The notes under the pieces were generated by a model. The model did not search any database, was not told the DNA's origin, and saw nothing but the letters and a program-made list of their open reading frames with translations. A stretch of DNA of 64,000 nucleotides from an uncultured Gemmatimonadales bacterium (GTDB lineage: Bacteria > Gemmatimonadota > Gemmatimonadetes > Gemmatimonadales > Gemmatimonadaceae), in the NCBI GenBank assembly GCA_963707505.1, contig CAVPQB010000004.1:1024001-1088000 (forward strand), written 5' to 3'. A program made the translations under genes and the position numbers. The stretch's first letter is position 1. Every line of letters starts with the position of its first letter. Below are positions 31,456-44,879 of the stretch, in pieces.

Positions 31456-32800
31456 AACAGGCAACGCGGTGATCTGCGCCGACCTGGACGAAAAGAAGAT
31501 CTCTCTTCTCAAGCGAAACGAGATCCCGATTTTCGAGCCGGGGCTGGACGCAATCGTCGAAAGGAACCAGGCTGACGGACGGCTCATCTTCACCACCGAC
31601 GTCGAAGCCGCCATCGCGGATGCGGAGGTGGTCTTCATCGCTGTTGGAACACCGCCGGACGAGGACGGATCTGCAGACCTGTCCCACGTACTGGCCGTCG
31701 CCGACACGGTCGGGCGCTCGATGACGCGCGAGACGGTCGTCGTCACCAAGTCCACCGTTCCCGTCGGCACGGCGCCGCTGGTCAAGAAGGCGGTCGCCAG
31801 GCACGCGCGGTTCCCGTTCCACGTTGTCAGCAATCCCGAATTTCTAAAAGAAGGCGCGGCTGTCGAGGACTTCCTCAAGCCTGACCGCGTAGTTCTGGGT
31901 GTCGAGAGTGAGTTCGCCACGACGGTCATGGGCGAGCTCTACGCTCCGTTCGTGCGTACCGGGCGCCCGGTCATCTATATGGACATCGCGTCCGCGGAGA
32001 TGACCAAGTATGCCGCCAACGGAATGCTGGCGACACGGATCAGCTTCATGAACGAGATCGCCGCGCTGTGCGAGGCGACCGGTGCAGACGTCGATGAGGT
32101 TCGCCGAGGACTCGGTAGCGATACGCGCATCGGGCCAAGCTTTCTGTTCCCGGGGCCAGGATACGGCGGAAGCTGTTTCCCCAAGGACGTAAAAGCGCTC
32201 GTGCGCACCGGTGCACAGTCCGGCGTCCCTCTCGAGATACTCAGCTCCGTCGATAGTTCCAACGAGCGTCAGAAGCGACGTCTTGGAGAGAAGGTGCGGC
32301 GCGCATTATTGCCTCATCTGGTACATGAAGCGCATGACAGTAAAGTGTTATCAGGCAGCGACTTGCGTGATTCCGAGCACAATCAACTGCAGGGTGTTCG
32401 CGTCGCTGTCTGGGGGCTATCGTTCAAGCCGGGAACGGACGACATGCGCGAAGCCCCTGCGCTCGTTCTGATCGAACAACTGCTTGGGTGGGGCGCAACG
32501 GTCTGTGCGCACGATCCGGCAGCAATGGAAGAAGCTCGTCGCCGGATCGGCGATGGCGGCGGCAAGATCTGCTATGCAGAAACGGGGTATGATGCGCTGA
32601 CCGGCGCTGACGCGCTGGTAATCGTTACGGATTGGAACGAATACCGGCATCCCGACTTCAACCGTCTGAAGGCTACTCTCAAACGGCCGATCGTGGTTGA
32701 CGGTCGTAATCTGTATGATCCCAAAAAGATGTCCAACGTCGGAATCACTTACTACTCGATCGGACGCCGGCACAACGGCGCCCAGGAAACAACCGCGTGA
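31394..32800 (+). CDS. ugd: UDP-glucose 6-dehydrogenase
   Basis: GTGYVGL, KSTVPVGT, NPEFLKEG, GYGGSCFPKD, FKPGTDDMRE. Confidence 0.93.
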   Translation: MNIAVIGTGYVGLVAGACLAETGNAVICADLDEKKISLLKRNEIPIFEPGLDAIVERNQADGRLIFTTDVEAAIADAEVVFIAVGTPPDEDGSADLSHVLAVADTVGRSMTRETVVVTKSTVPVGTAPLVKKAVARHARFPFHVVSNPEFLKEGAAVEDFLKPDRVVLGVESEFATTVMGELYAPFVRTGRPVIYMDIASAEMTKYAANGMLATRISFMNEIAALCEATGADVDEVRRGLGSDTRIGPSFLFPGPGYGGSCFPKDVKALVRTGAQSGVPLEILSSVDSSNERQKRRLGEKVRRALLPHLVHEAHDSKVLSGSDLRDSEHNQLQGVRVAVWGLSFKPGTDDMREAPALVLIEQLLGWGATVCAHDPAAMEEARRRIGDGGGKICYAETGYDALTGADALVIVTDWNEYRHPDFNRLKATLKRPIVVDGRNLYDPKKMSNVGITYYSIGRRHNGAQETTA

Positions 32801-33579
32801 ACCGTGCTCGCCGCTCGTTTGTAGTTCTCGGACCGCTTCTGGCGCTCGCCCTCGCAACGGCGTGCCACGGCAACTTCGATCCAAAGGTGTACGCAAGCAA
32901 CCCCGAGTCGCTATTCGCAGCGTCGCTCAAACAGTTCAACTCGCATCACTACGATGACGCGGCCAAGGGGTTCGAGCAGCTGACGCACGACCTTCCTGCC
33001 CGCGACGCGTTGCTGCCGCTGTCGTACTACTACCTCGGCGAGTCTCAGGAAAAGAACGGCGATCATCTCCTGGCTGCACAGAGCTTCACTCGCATCTCGG
33101 ACGCGTTCCCGGACGACAGTCTCGCTCCGAAAGCGCTTCTCGCCGGCGGCCAATCCTACGCCAAGATGTGGCGCAAGCCGGAGCTCGATCCCACCTACGG
33201 TACGTCGGCGCTGAACACCTTCCAGTCGCTCGTGTCACTGTATCCGGATTCGCATCTCGTGCCGCAGGCGAACACGGAGATCGCCCGTCTGGACAACATG
33301 TTCGCGACCAAGGATCTGGACGTCGGCGACCACTACCTTCGGCGTGGTGCATACGATTCGGCGATCATCTACCTCAAGGACGTCATCAAGAAGCACCCCA
33401 CAGCCACCGCAACGCATAAGGCGTATCTCGACTTGCTGACCGCGTATCGCGCGATCAAGTATGACGCCGACGCGAAGGATCTGTGTACCGCGGCGGTCAA
33501 GGCCTACCCCAATGACAAGGAGGTTGCCAAGCAGTGCGGCTCGGCGTCTTCGGCGGAAGCTTCGACCCCCCGCACATAG
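32797..33579 (+). CDS. bamD: Outer membrane assembly lipoprotein BamD-like (TPR)
   Basis: LATAC lipobox; TPR helices, PELDPTY, LYPDS, GDHYLRRG. Confidence 0.8.
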   Translation: MNRARRSFVVLGPLLALALATACHGNFDPKVYASNPESLFAASLKQFNSHHYDDAAKGFEQLTHDLPARDALLPLSYYYLGESQEKNGDHLLAAQSFTRISDAFPDDSLAPKALLAGGQSYAKMWRKPELDPTYGTSALNTFQSLVSLYPDSHLVPQANTEIARLDNMFATKDLDVGDHYLRRGAYDSAIIYLKDVIKKHPTATATHKAYLDLLTAYRAIKYDADAKDLCTAAVKAYPNDKEVAKQCGSASSAEASTPRT

Positions 33580-34072
33580 GGCATTATCTGGCGGCAGTGG
33601 ACGCCGCCGAGCGCCTGGGACTTGATCGCATGCTGTGGGTGCCGACCGCCCAGCAGCCGCTCAAGGCCGGAGCGCAGCATGTCGCTTCGGCGGATCAGCG
33701 CTTCAGAATGGTACAGGCAGCGGTTTCAGCGACCTCGATCTTCGAGGCAAGCAGGATCGAAATCGACCGGCCCGGGTTATCTTACACGGTTGCGACCGTA
33801 CAATCGCTTGTGGCTGAATTCCCGGGCGTGGAGCTGTATCTGCTCATAGGGGAAGATGCCTGGTCGCGCTTCGACGAATGGCGCGAGCCGGAGACTATTC
33901 GAACGCTCGTTCATATAGAGATTCTTGCGCGGAAGACGGAGAGTGAATTCGCCGGCCGCGTTGTTGAGGTTTCATCGACTGAGGTCCGTGCGCGGGCGCG
34001 TGCGGGGAAGTCGGTGCGCGGCTTCGTGCTGGACGCGGTCGCTGAGATCATCGAATCGGAAAGGTTGTATCA

Positions 34073-34079
<7 letters not shown>
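33534..34079 (+). CDS. nadD: Nicotinate-nucleotide adenylyltransferase
   Basis: [26 protein letters not shown]. Confidence 0.92.
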
Positions 34080-37393
<3,314 letters not shown>

Positions 37394-37402
37394 GACCACC
37401 GC

Positions 37403-37430
37403 CGTCATTCCCGCGAAAGCGGGAATGACG
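37403..37430. repeat. CGTC-type REP hairpin
   Basis: Perfect 12-bp stem cgtcattcccgc-gaaa-gcgggaatgacg; 1 mismatch to the 28439 copy. Confidence 0.85.
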
Positions 37431-37556
37431 ATATTCGCCGAGCCCGCGTTTGACGGCGGTGCAAACTGCGTCGAAACAACACCGGCCGTTCGCGATTGCC
37501 CAATCGCGGCGGCCGGTGTTGCATGTATTCATGTGAGACCACACTTCGGAGCTCAC

Positions 37557-38246
37557 ATGGCCGCCATTTCAATTCGCGAAATTCCAGTAACCGAACGTCC
37601 GCGCGAGCGGCTCAAGCAACATGGTGCGCAGGCGCTGAGCGCGGTCGAGCTGGTTGCCATCCTCTTTGGCTCCGGAGGTGAAGGGCGGTCCGCGATAGAT
37701 CTCGCGCATGACGTTCTCGCCGCGTCGCAGGGCTCTCTGCGACGACTGTCATCGCGTCCCGTCGCGTCGCTCACGTCCGTCGCGGGCGTTGGACCTGCGC
37801 GCGCGATCACAGTTCACGCCGCGCTCGAGCTCGGCCGCCGAATGATGGCCGAGCAGCGGGAGCAGGGAAGGCCGATGCGCGAAGCCCGCGACGTGTACGA
37901 CGCGTACTCGCTTCGCATGCAGGATCTTCCAGTGGAAGAGTTTCACATAGCGACGCTCGACGCACAGCACCGGCTCGAGAACGACATCCTCGTCACACGT
38001 GGAATACTGAACTCGTCGCTTGTTCACGCACGTGAGGTGTTTCGCCAGGCGATCGCGGAAAACGCGTATGCGGTGATTCTCATCCACAATCATCCATCCG
38101 GCGACCCGACGCCGTCGCCGGAGGACCGTGTGGTCACCTCGCAGCTGGTATCGGCCGGCAAGCTGCTCGGCATCGACGTCCTGGATCATATCATCATCGG
38201 CAGGGGCCGGTTTACCAGCTTCGCCGAGAGCGGGATCCTCGTGTGA
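37557..38246 (+). CDS. radC: RadC/UPF0758 JAB-domain protein
   Basis: ERPRERL, GVGPARA, HNHPSGDPTPSPED, LDHIIIG. Confidence 0.93.
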   Translation: MAAISIREIPVTERPRERLKQHGAQALSAVELVAILFGSGGEGRSAIDLAHDVLAASQGSLRRLSSRPVASLTSVAGVGPARAITVHAALELGRRMMAEQREQGRPMREARDVYDAYSLRMQDLPVEEFHIATLDAQHRLENDILVTRGILNSSLVHAREVFRQAIAENAYAVILIHNHPSGDPTPSPEDRVVTSQLVSAGKLLGIDVLDHIIIGRGRFTSFAESGILV

Positions 38247-38338
38247 GGAGGCGACGGACTCGCCGAGCCAACCATCTTTGTGATCGAAATATCCCTCCAG
38301 GCAGTTTTCCTGGCACGGTCATGGCGTCATATTGAAAG

Positions 38339-40528
38339 ATGGCGGTCAGTGTCGCTAGGCCAGAGGTTGTGGCCGGGAGCGAGCTCATTCCCGGCTGGGA
38401 CTTCGTCGTCGATCCGCTTCCCGAGCGGATCGACGTGGAGCAGCTTCTGCGTGCCTACCGGTTCAGCGAGGATGCGCACCGGGGCCAGAAGCGGCGATCG
38501 GGAGAGGATTACGTACTCCACTGTGTCGCGGTCGCCAAGATCCTGGCGGGGCTCAACCTCGATACCACGACGGTCATCGCGGGTCTCGTCCACGATGTGA
38601 TCGAGGACACCCGCTTCACCCTCGCCGACATCGAGCTCGAGTTCGGCAAGGAAGTCGCGGCGATCGTGGATGGTCTCACCAAGATCGAGCACCTGCCGGC
38701 GCACGCGCCGCGCGACGCGCAGGTCGAGAACTATCGCAAACTGCTCCTGTCGATCGCAAAGGATGCACGCGTCATCATCATCAAGCTCGCCGACCGGCTG
38801 CACAACATGCGCACGCTTGAATCGCTTCCTGATGAGAAGCGCAAGCGAATTGCGCAGGAGACACGCGATCTCTACGCGCCGCTGGCGCACCGTTTCGGAA
38901 TGGCGCAGGTCCGCTGGGAGCTCGAGGATCTCGCGTTCAAGCATCTCGAGACGGATGCATATCGCCACCTTGCGCGTCTCGTTGCACAGAAACGCGCCGA
39001 GCGCGATGATCTCGTCGAGCGGATGCGGAAACCGCTCACGGCGGAAATGACGCGCGCCGGAATCAAGGAAGTCGAGATCACCGGGCGCCCGAAGCACCTC
39101 TGGTCCATCTACAAGAAGATGGTGAATCGCGACAAGCCTTATGAGGAGATCTATGATCTTCTCGCGATTCGCGTGCTGGTGAACAGTGTTCCTGATTGTT
39201 ACCACGCGCTCGGCGTCATCCACGACGGATGGACCCCTGTGCAGGAACGTATCAAGGATTACATCGCGCAGCCGAAGTCCAACGGATATCAGTCGCTGCA
39301 CACGACGGTATTCGGACCCGGCAGGCAATTGTTCGAGATCCAGATACGTACGCGGGAGATGCACCGCACCGCGGAATACGGTATCGCCGCTCACTGGCGC
39401 TTCAAGGAAAACGCGCGCAACTCGGACGAGCTGGACCGTCATCTCCAGTGGTTTCGTCAGGTGTTGGAGCTGCAGCTCGATGCCAAGACCCCGGACGAGT
39501 TTCTCGAGTTTCTCAAGCTCGATCTCTACCAGGACGAGATATTCGTATTCACACCGACTGGTGACGTGATCCAGCTTCCCAAGGGCGCGACGCCGATCGA
39601 CTTTGCGTTCGCAGTGCACACGGAAGTCGGACTGCACTGCAATGGCGCGCGCGTGAATGGCCGCATGGCGCCGCTCTCGCGCGAGCTCAAGAACTCCGAC
39701 ACCGTCGAGATAATCGCGTCGCCGTCCGCGCGTCCCAATCGCGACTGGCTTGCGCATGTGCGCACCGGGCGCGCTCGGCACCGCATAAAGCAGCGGCTCC
39801 GCATGGAGGAGCAGAAGGCGTCGATCAAGCTTGGTCGCGAGATGATCGACAAGGAGGCAAAGCGTCGCCGCGTGCTCCGTCCGACCGATGAGGAGCTCGA
39901 CACGGCGGCGAAGACGCTCAAGCTCAACGATCGTGGCCATCTCGTGAGCGCGGTTGGGCAGGGTGAGCTGAGTGGTCGCGACGTCATTCGCAGCCTGCAT
40001 CCGGAAATCGACACGGAGTTGGAACCGCCTCGGCCGAATCGGCTGGAGCGGTTGGTCGATCGCGTGCGCGGTACTGGTCGCGGTGTGCGGATTCAGGGCG
40101 CCGATGGGCTGCTCGTGCGCTACGCGCAATGTTGTCAACCGGTGCCCGGCGATCCGGTGTCAGGGTATGTGACGCGCGGACGCGGCGTCAGCATTCACCG
40201 CGCCGACTGTCCCAATCTCATGCTGCTGGACGACGAGCCGGAGCGCAGGCTCGAAATAGACTGGCAGGAGGTCCAGGGCGAGCGATTCCTCGTGCGGCTG
40301 GCAGTCGAGGCCAGCGACCGTCGCGGACTGTACGCAGACATCGCTACCGCTGTCAGCGAGACCAAGACCGATATCAGAAGCTTCGAGCTGCGCAGCGAGG
40401 ATGCGCGCGTGTTCGGCATGATAGAGGTCCAGGTCGAGAATCTCCCACATCTCCGCAAGACGCTGCGCGCAATCAGGCGCGTGAAGGGTGTCACAGAAGT
40501 GTCGCGGCGAGAGCAGACGGCGGAGTAG
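38339..40528 (+). CDS. Bifunctional (p)ppGpp synthetase/hydrolase (RelA/SpoT)
   Basis: HD motif HDVIED, KLADRLHNMRTL, NGYQSLHT, TGS DFAFAVHT, CCQPVPGD, ACT domain. Confidence 0.95.
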   Translation: MAVSVARPEVVAGSELIPGWDFVVDPLPERIDVEQLLRAYRFSEDAHRGQKRRSGEDYVLHCVAVAKILAGLNLDTTTVIAGLVHDVIEDTRFTLADIELEFGKEVAAIVDGLTKIEHLPAHAPRDAQVENYRKLLLSIAKDARVIIIKLADRLHNMRTLESLPDEKRKRIAQETRDLYAPLAHRFGMAQVRWELEDLAFKHLETDAYRHLARLVAQKRAERDDLVERMRKPLTAEMTRAGIKEVEITGRPKHLWSIYKKMVNRDKPYEEIYDLLAIRVLVNSVPDCYHALGVIHDGWTPVQERIKDYIAQPKSNGYQSLHTTVFGPGRQLFEIQIRTREMHRTAEYGIAAHWRFKENARNSDELDRHLQWFRQVLELQLDAKTPDEFLEFLKLDLYQDEIFVFTPTGDVIQLPKGATPIDFAFAVHTEVGLHCNGARVNGRMAPLSRELKNSDTVEIIASPSARPNRDWLAHVRTGRARHRIKQRLRMEEQKASIKLGREMIDKEAKRRRVLRPTDEELDTAAKTLKLNDRGHLVSAVGQGELSGRDVIRSLHPEIDTELEPPRPNRLERLVDRVRGTGRGVRIQGADGLLVRYAQCCQPVPGDPVSGYVTRGRGVSIHRADCPNLMLLDDEPERRLEIDWQEVQGERFLVRLAVEASDRRGLYADIATAVSETKTDIRSFELRSEDARVFGMIEVQVENLPHLRKTLRAIRRVKGVTEVSRREQTAE

Positions 40529-40561
40529 GTCGCGCCGTTCGCCGCGTATGAGCGCCGCACG

Positions 40562-40576
40562 GGCATGGTGCGTGCT
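40562..40576 (+). promoter_or_regulatory. Putative sigma54 (-24/-12) promoter of otsA
   Basis: GGCATGGTGCGTGCT: GG-N10-GC just upstream of ATG 40592. Confidence 0.4.
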
Positions 40577-40591
40577 CACGTGGGGATCTAG

Positions 40592-42082
40592 ATGCAATCC
40601 AAATTTCCCGTAGCTCTGGACCGGCCGCTCATACTGCTCTCCAACCGCGAGCCGTACGAGCACGTACACAAACCCAACGGGATCGAAGTGCGATTCCCCG
40701 CGGGCGGACTGGTCTCTGCGCTGGATCCGATTCTCCGCCGTACACACGGAACCTGGGTCGCGTGGGCATCCGGAAATGCCGATCGTACCGTTGCGGATGA
40801 CATCGGACGCGTGGCGGTTCCTCCCGGCGATCCATCATACACGCTGCGCCGGGTGTGGTTGTCGGAGAGCGACGTCGAGGGTTTTTATCTGGGCTTCGCC
40901 AACAGCGCGTTGTGGCCGTTGTGTCACCTCTTCGTGAGCAAGGTCGATATCCGGCGGAGTGATTGGGAGAGTTACGAGCGCGCGAACCGCATGTTCGCTG
41001 CAGCCGTGGTGCAGGAGGCGGAGCGTGTGGGCGGGGCACCGATGGTGTGGGTGCATGACTATCACTTTGCGCTCGCTCCGTCATTGATACGACCGCTGGT
41101 TCCGGATGCACTGATCCATCAATTCTGGCACATTCCGTTTCCTCCCCCGGATGTCTTTGGTATTCTGCCTGTCGGCGTTCAGGAGTCGCTGCTGCGTGGG
41201 CTGTTGGGAAATGATCTGATCGAGTTTCAGACGGATGGCTTCGCGTGGAATTTCATGGACTGTGTCGCGCGTGGACTGCCGGACGCACAGGTGAGCCTGG
41301 ATCAGAGTGTCATCCATCTTGATGGGCGACAGACGCGAGTCGGTGCATTTCCGATCAGCATCGATGTCGCGGAATGGCAGCGGCTGGCCGCGTTGCCACA
41401 CACAATGGATGTGTGCAGGACGCTTCGCCAGCGATACGCACCCGCAGACAGACAACTGGTCGTCAGCGTCGATCGAATGGATTACACCAAGGGAATCGAA
41501 AGACGACTGCGCGCGCTGGAACACATGTGGACGGATACGCCGGAACGCCGCGGGACCTTCACGATGCTGATCGTGGCGACGCCGTCGCGCACCGATATTC
41601 CGGCGTATGCCAGGCTGGAGCGCAATGTGCTCGAAGCGATAGAGCGGCTCAACGATGAATTTCGCACGCTCGACTGGACACCAATCGTGCTCGTGCACGA
41701 GAACGTCGACGCAGATCTGCTCGCCGCAGTGTATTGTGCGGCCGATGTGTGCGTGGTGTCGTCGCTTCAGGACGGAATGAACCTCGTGGCCAAGGAATTC
41801 ATCGCATGCAGAACCGATAGAAACGGTGTGCTGGTACTGAGCCGCTTCGCAGGTGCGTCGGATGAGCTGGGTGCGGCACTGCTGGTGAATCCATTTTTCA
41901 TCGACGCATTTGCGGATACGCTCGCCGTTGCTCTGGACATGCCGCGACACGAGCGTGTGGAGCGCATGACGGTGCTCAGGGACCGCGTTGCAAACGCGAC
42001 CATAGAGGACTGGCTGGAAGCGATACTCTCGGCTGCCGAGGCGACCGATCAGGCCGCGGAAGGCGGAGCCGCAGCCCTGTGA
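40592..42082 (+). CDS. otsA: Trehalose-6-phosphate synthase (GT20)
   Basis: SNREP, GGLVSAL, WVHDYH, HIPFP, DRMDYTKG, DGMNLVAKE, LSRFAGA. Confidence 0.93.
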   Translation: MQSKFPVALDRPLILLSNREPYEHVHKPNGIEVRFPAGGLVSALDPILRRTHGTWVAWASGNADRTVADDIGRVAVPPGDPSYTLRRVWLSESDVEGFYLGFANSALWPLCHLFVSKVDIRRSDWESYERANRMFAAAVVQEAERVGGAPMVWVHDYHFALAPSLIRPLVPDALIHQFWHIPFPPPDVFGILPVGVQESLLRGLLGNDLIEFQTDGFAWNFMDCVARGLPDAQVSLDQSVIHLDGRQTRVGAFPISIDVAEWQRLAALPHTMDVCRTLRQRYAPADRQLVVSVDRMDYTKGIERRLRALEHMWTDTPERRGTFTMLIVATPSRTDIPAYARLERNVLEAIERLNDEFRTLDWTPIVLVHENVDADLLAAVYCAADVCVVSSLQDGMNLVAKEFIACRTDRNGVLVLSRFAGASDELGAALLVNPFFIDAFADTLAVALDMPRHERVERMTVLRDRVANATIEDWLEAILSAAEATDQAAEGGAAAL

Positions 42083-42086
42083 TTTT

Positions 42087-42875
42087 GTGAGGCGAGCGGA
42101 GCCGGACGAGATTGCACGGAGGCTCGGGGGAACACCACTCCTCATCCTGCTCGACATCGACGGAACTCTATGCGACATCGTCGAGCGCCCTGACGCGGCG
42201 AACATCCCGGGAACGGCGCGCGCCTCGCTACGCGCGCTGATCGCGGAGCGCGACCGCGGCGTGCATGTTGCGTTTGTAACTGGGCGGTCCGTCGCAGATG
42301 CGCGTCGCATGCTGGCGATCGACGGCGTGACGATTTACGGGAATCACGGAATGGAGCACCTGTCGGAGTCGGGAAACATTACGGGGCCGGAGGGGTGGGA
42401 AGATGCAGGGCTTGCGCTGCGCGAGTCCCGGCGGGATCTGGACACGGTCGTCACCCAGTTTCCCGGAACCAGTATCGAGGATAAACAGTTCAGCTTGACC
42501 CTGCACTTCCGCGAAATGGACATGGAGCTGCTTCCAGAGCTCGGCGCGCGTGTGGCCGCGATCGCGCGGACGCGCGGAGTCACGCTCGCGCCGGGCAAGT
42601 GTGTGATCAACATTCTGTCCAGCGCGAGTGTAACGAAGGGCGATGCTGTGCTCGAAATAGTTCGCGAGCTCGGCGGCGAGTCGCCGGACGCATCCATTCT
42701 GTTCGCCGGCGACGACGTGACCGATGAAGATGCCTTCCGCGCGTTGCGGTCGTATCCGCACGCGACAACGGTTCACGTTGGCGCGCCGGACGCGAAGACA
42801 CACGCGCGATTCTCCGTGAACAGTCCCCGTGAAATCCACGAGTTGTTGGAATTGCTTGCGGGGTCGAGATCATGA
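42087..42875 (+). CDS. otsB: Trehalose-6-phosphate phosphatase (HAD)
   Basis: DIDGTL, TGR, GNHGME, GDDVTDEDAF. Confidence 0.92.
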   Translation: MRRAEPDEIARRLGGTPLLILLDIDGTLCDIVERPDAANIPGTARASLRALIAERDRGVHVAFVTGRSVADARRMLAIDGVTIYGNHGMEHLSESGNITGPEGWEDAGLALRESRRDLDTVVTQFPGTSIEDKQFSLTLHFREMDMELLPELGARVAAIARTRGVTLAPGKCVINILSSASVTKGDAVLEIVRELGGESPDASILFAGDDVTDEDAFRALRSYPHATTVHVGAPDAKTHARFSVNSPREIHELLELLAGSRS

Positions 42876-44791
42876 CTGCGACTTCGATGCCAGCGGTGGG
42901 ATCGTCCCCGAGCGGGACTTCCGATGCGAACGCCGGTGCGAACGCCGGTGCGACTTCGGCGAGCAACCAGGCGCCGGCAGCATGGTCTTCGGCTGCGACT
43001 TCTGCGTACCCGCCGATCTCAGCATATGCAGTGATTGGCGACATGCGCACTGCGGCGCTTGTCGGTCTCAATGGTTCGATAGATTGGTGTTGCCTGCCGG
43101 AGTTCCCGTCTCCGTCCACGTTCGCGGCGATTCTGGACCAGTCGCGCGGTGGTCGCTTTCAGATCGTGCCAGCTGGAACGCACACAAGCGAGCAGCGATA
43201 TCTTCCGGCAACCAACGTGCTGGTTACGGCCTTTCATGACAGTACCGGCACGCTCGAGCTGTGCGACTTCATGCCGGTGGGGCCGGAAGGACGGCGTCCG
43301 GGTTTCGCCGAGATCCATCGACAGGTGAAGTGCACGCGCGGTCAGATGGACATATCGATCTGCTTTTCCCCGCGATTCGATTACGCGATCAAGCCAGCGC
43401 ACATCATTCCGCGAAAGAACGGCCTGCTCGCTACTGACGACGACAACGAAGCAGCAGCACTCTCGGCGCCGCCCGATCTTTGGTGGCGCGTTGATGAGAT
43501 GGGTGCGACAGCGCAATTGCGGATGCGCGCCGGCGAGTCCGCGTGGTTCGTATTACGATACGACGACGACGAGGTGCTCCCGATCGCATCGTACAAGTCG
43601 GACGAGCGGTTGCAGCAGACCGTCGCGTTCTGGGATGGCTGGGTTGCGACACTCAAGTACGAGGGTACTCACCGCGCCGTGGTCGAGCGGTCGGCGCTCG
43701 CGCTCAAGTTGCTGTGTTACGAGCCGACCGGCGCGATCATCGCGGCGCCCACGACATCGCTTCCAGAAGAAATTGGCGGCGAGCGCAACTGGGACTATCG
43801 CTTCATCTGGCTCCGCGACGCGTCATTCACACTCGACGCGCTGCAGGGGCTTGGACAACACGAAGAGGCGAGCGCGTTCATGGCGTTCCTGCGCCGCATC
43901 ACGCGCAAGGCTACCAAGTCGCATCTTCAGATAATGTATGGAGTGGACGGCTCGCGCGATCTGCCGGAGCGAACGTTGCCGCACCTTTCGGGATATCGTA
44001 ACTCCGCGCCCGTGCGGGTAGGGAATGCCGCGGTGAACCAGTTGCAGCTTGACGTGTACGGCGAGATCCTGAATACCGCCTACCGATGGAGCCGTAGCGC
44101 GACGGTTGGCGAAGGTACGTGGTGGTCCCTCAGTCGGCTCGTTGACTGGATCGCGGTCCACTGGTGCGATCCCGACAGCGGGATATGGGAAGTGCGCGCG
44201 AGCGAAGAGCACTACGTGATGAGCAAGGTCATGTGCTGGGTCGCTCTCGACCGCGGTGTGAAGATGGCTCGCGAGTTCGAGCTGCCGTGCAACCTCGCGC
44301 GGTGGGAAGCTGCGCGCGACGCGGTGTGGGCTGAGGTGATGGAGCGAGGCTGGAGCGAGAAGCGCCAGAGCTTCGTGCAGTTCTACGGCACCGAAGCGCT
44401 GGACGCGGCCAATCTCATCATACCGATGGTTGGTTTTCTTCCGCCGGATCACGAGCGAGTGAAGGGAACGATAGCGGCGACGTTGCGCGATCTCACGAGC
44501 GACGACAAGGAGCTCGTGTACCGTTATCGCAACGACGACGGCCTGCCGGGCTCGGAGGGTGTCTTCTCGATCTGCACATTCTGGATGGCCCAGGCTCTCG
44601 TACTATCCGGTGACGCGGAGCAGGGCGAGCGCATCTTCTGCCGCATGCTGAAGCACGCGAATCACCTTGGGCTCTACAGCGAGGAGCTGGACCCCAAGAC
44701 CGGCGGATTCGCTGGTAATTTTCCGCAGGGTCTGACGCACATCGCGCTGATAAACTGCGCGCTGGCACTGGCGGATGTGGGTCGAGGGTAG
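42872..44791 (+). CDS. GH15 glycoside hydrolase (trehalase/glucoamylase-like)
   Basis: AAPTTSLPEEIGGERNWDYRFIWLRD, QLDVYGE, GLYSEE, GNFPQGLTH. Confidence 0.93.
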   Translation: MTATSMPAVGSSPSGTSDANAGANAGATSASNQAPAAWSSAATSAYPPISAYAVIGDMRTAALVGLNGSIDWCCLPEFPSPSTFAAILDQSRGGRFQIVPAGTHTSEQRYLPATNVLVTAFHDSTGTLELCDFMPVGPEGRRPGFAEIHRQVKCTRGQMDISICFSPRFDYAIKPAHIIPRKNGLLATDDDNEAAALSAPPDLWWRVDEMGATAQLRMRAGESAWFVLRYDDDEVLPIASYKSDERLQQTVAFWDGWVATLKYEGTHRAVVERSALALKLLCYEPTGAIIAAPTTSLPEEIGGERNWDYRFIWLRDASFTLDALQGLGQHEEASAFMAFLRRITRKATKSHLQIMYGVDGSRDLPERTLPHLSGYRNSAPVRVGNAAVNQLQLDVYGEILNTAYRWSRSATVGEGTWWSLSRLVDWIAVHWCDPDSGIWEVRASEEHYVMSKVMCWVALDRGVKMAREFELPCNLARWEAARDAVWAEVMERGWSEKRQSFVQFYGTEALDAANLIIPMVGFLPPDHERVKGTIAATLRDLTSDDKELVYRYRNDDGLPGSEGVFSICTFWMAQALVLSGDAEQGERIFCRMLKHANHLGLYSEELDPKTGGFAGNFPQGLTHIALINCALALADVGRG

Positions 44792-44835
44792 AGATGTCCG
44801 GTTGTGCGAACCCGCGCTGACGATTGGCGTAATTT

Positions 44836-44849
44836 CGAACGCCCGTTCG
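44836..44849. promoter_or_regulatory. Putative LexA (SOS) box, CGAAC-N4-GTTCG
   Basis: cgaacgcccgttcg ends 30 bp upstream of the uvrB ATG, over the expected -35 of -10 TAAATT (44865). Confidence 0.6.
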
Positions 44850-44879
44850 GACACGATCTTCGGTTAAATTTCGGTACTC

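Noticed and set aside
37557..38246. radC as a mobile-element marker
   Set aside because: Full-length chromosomal type with N-terminal HhH region, between secA and relA.
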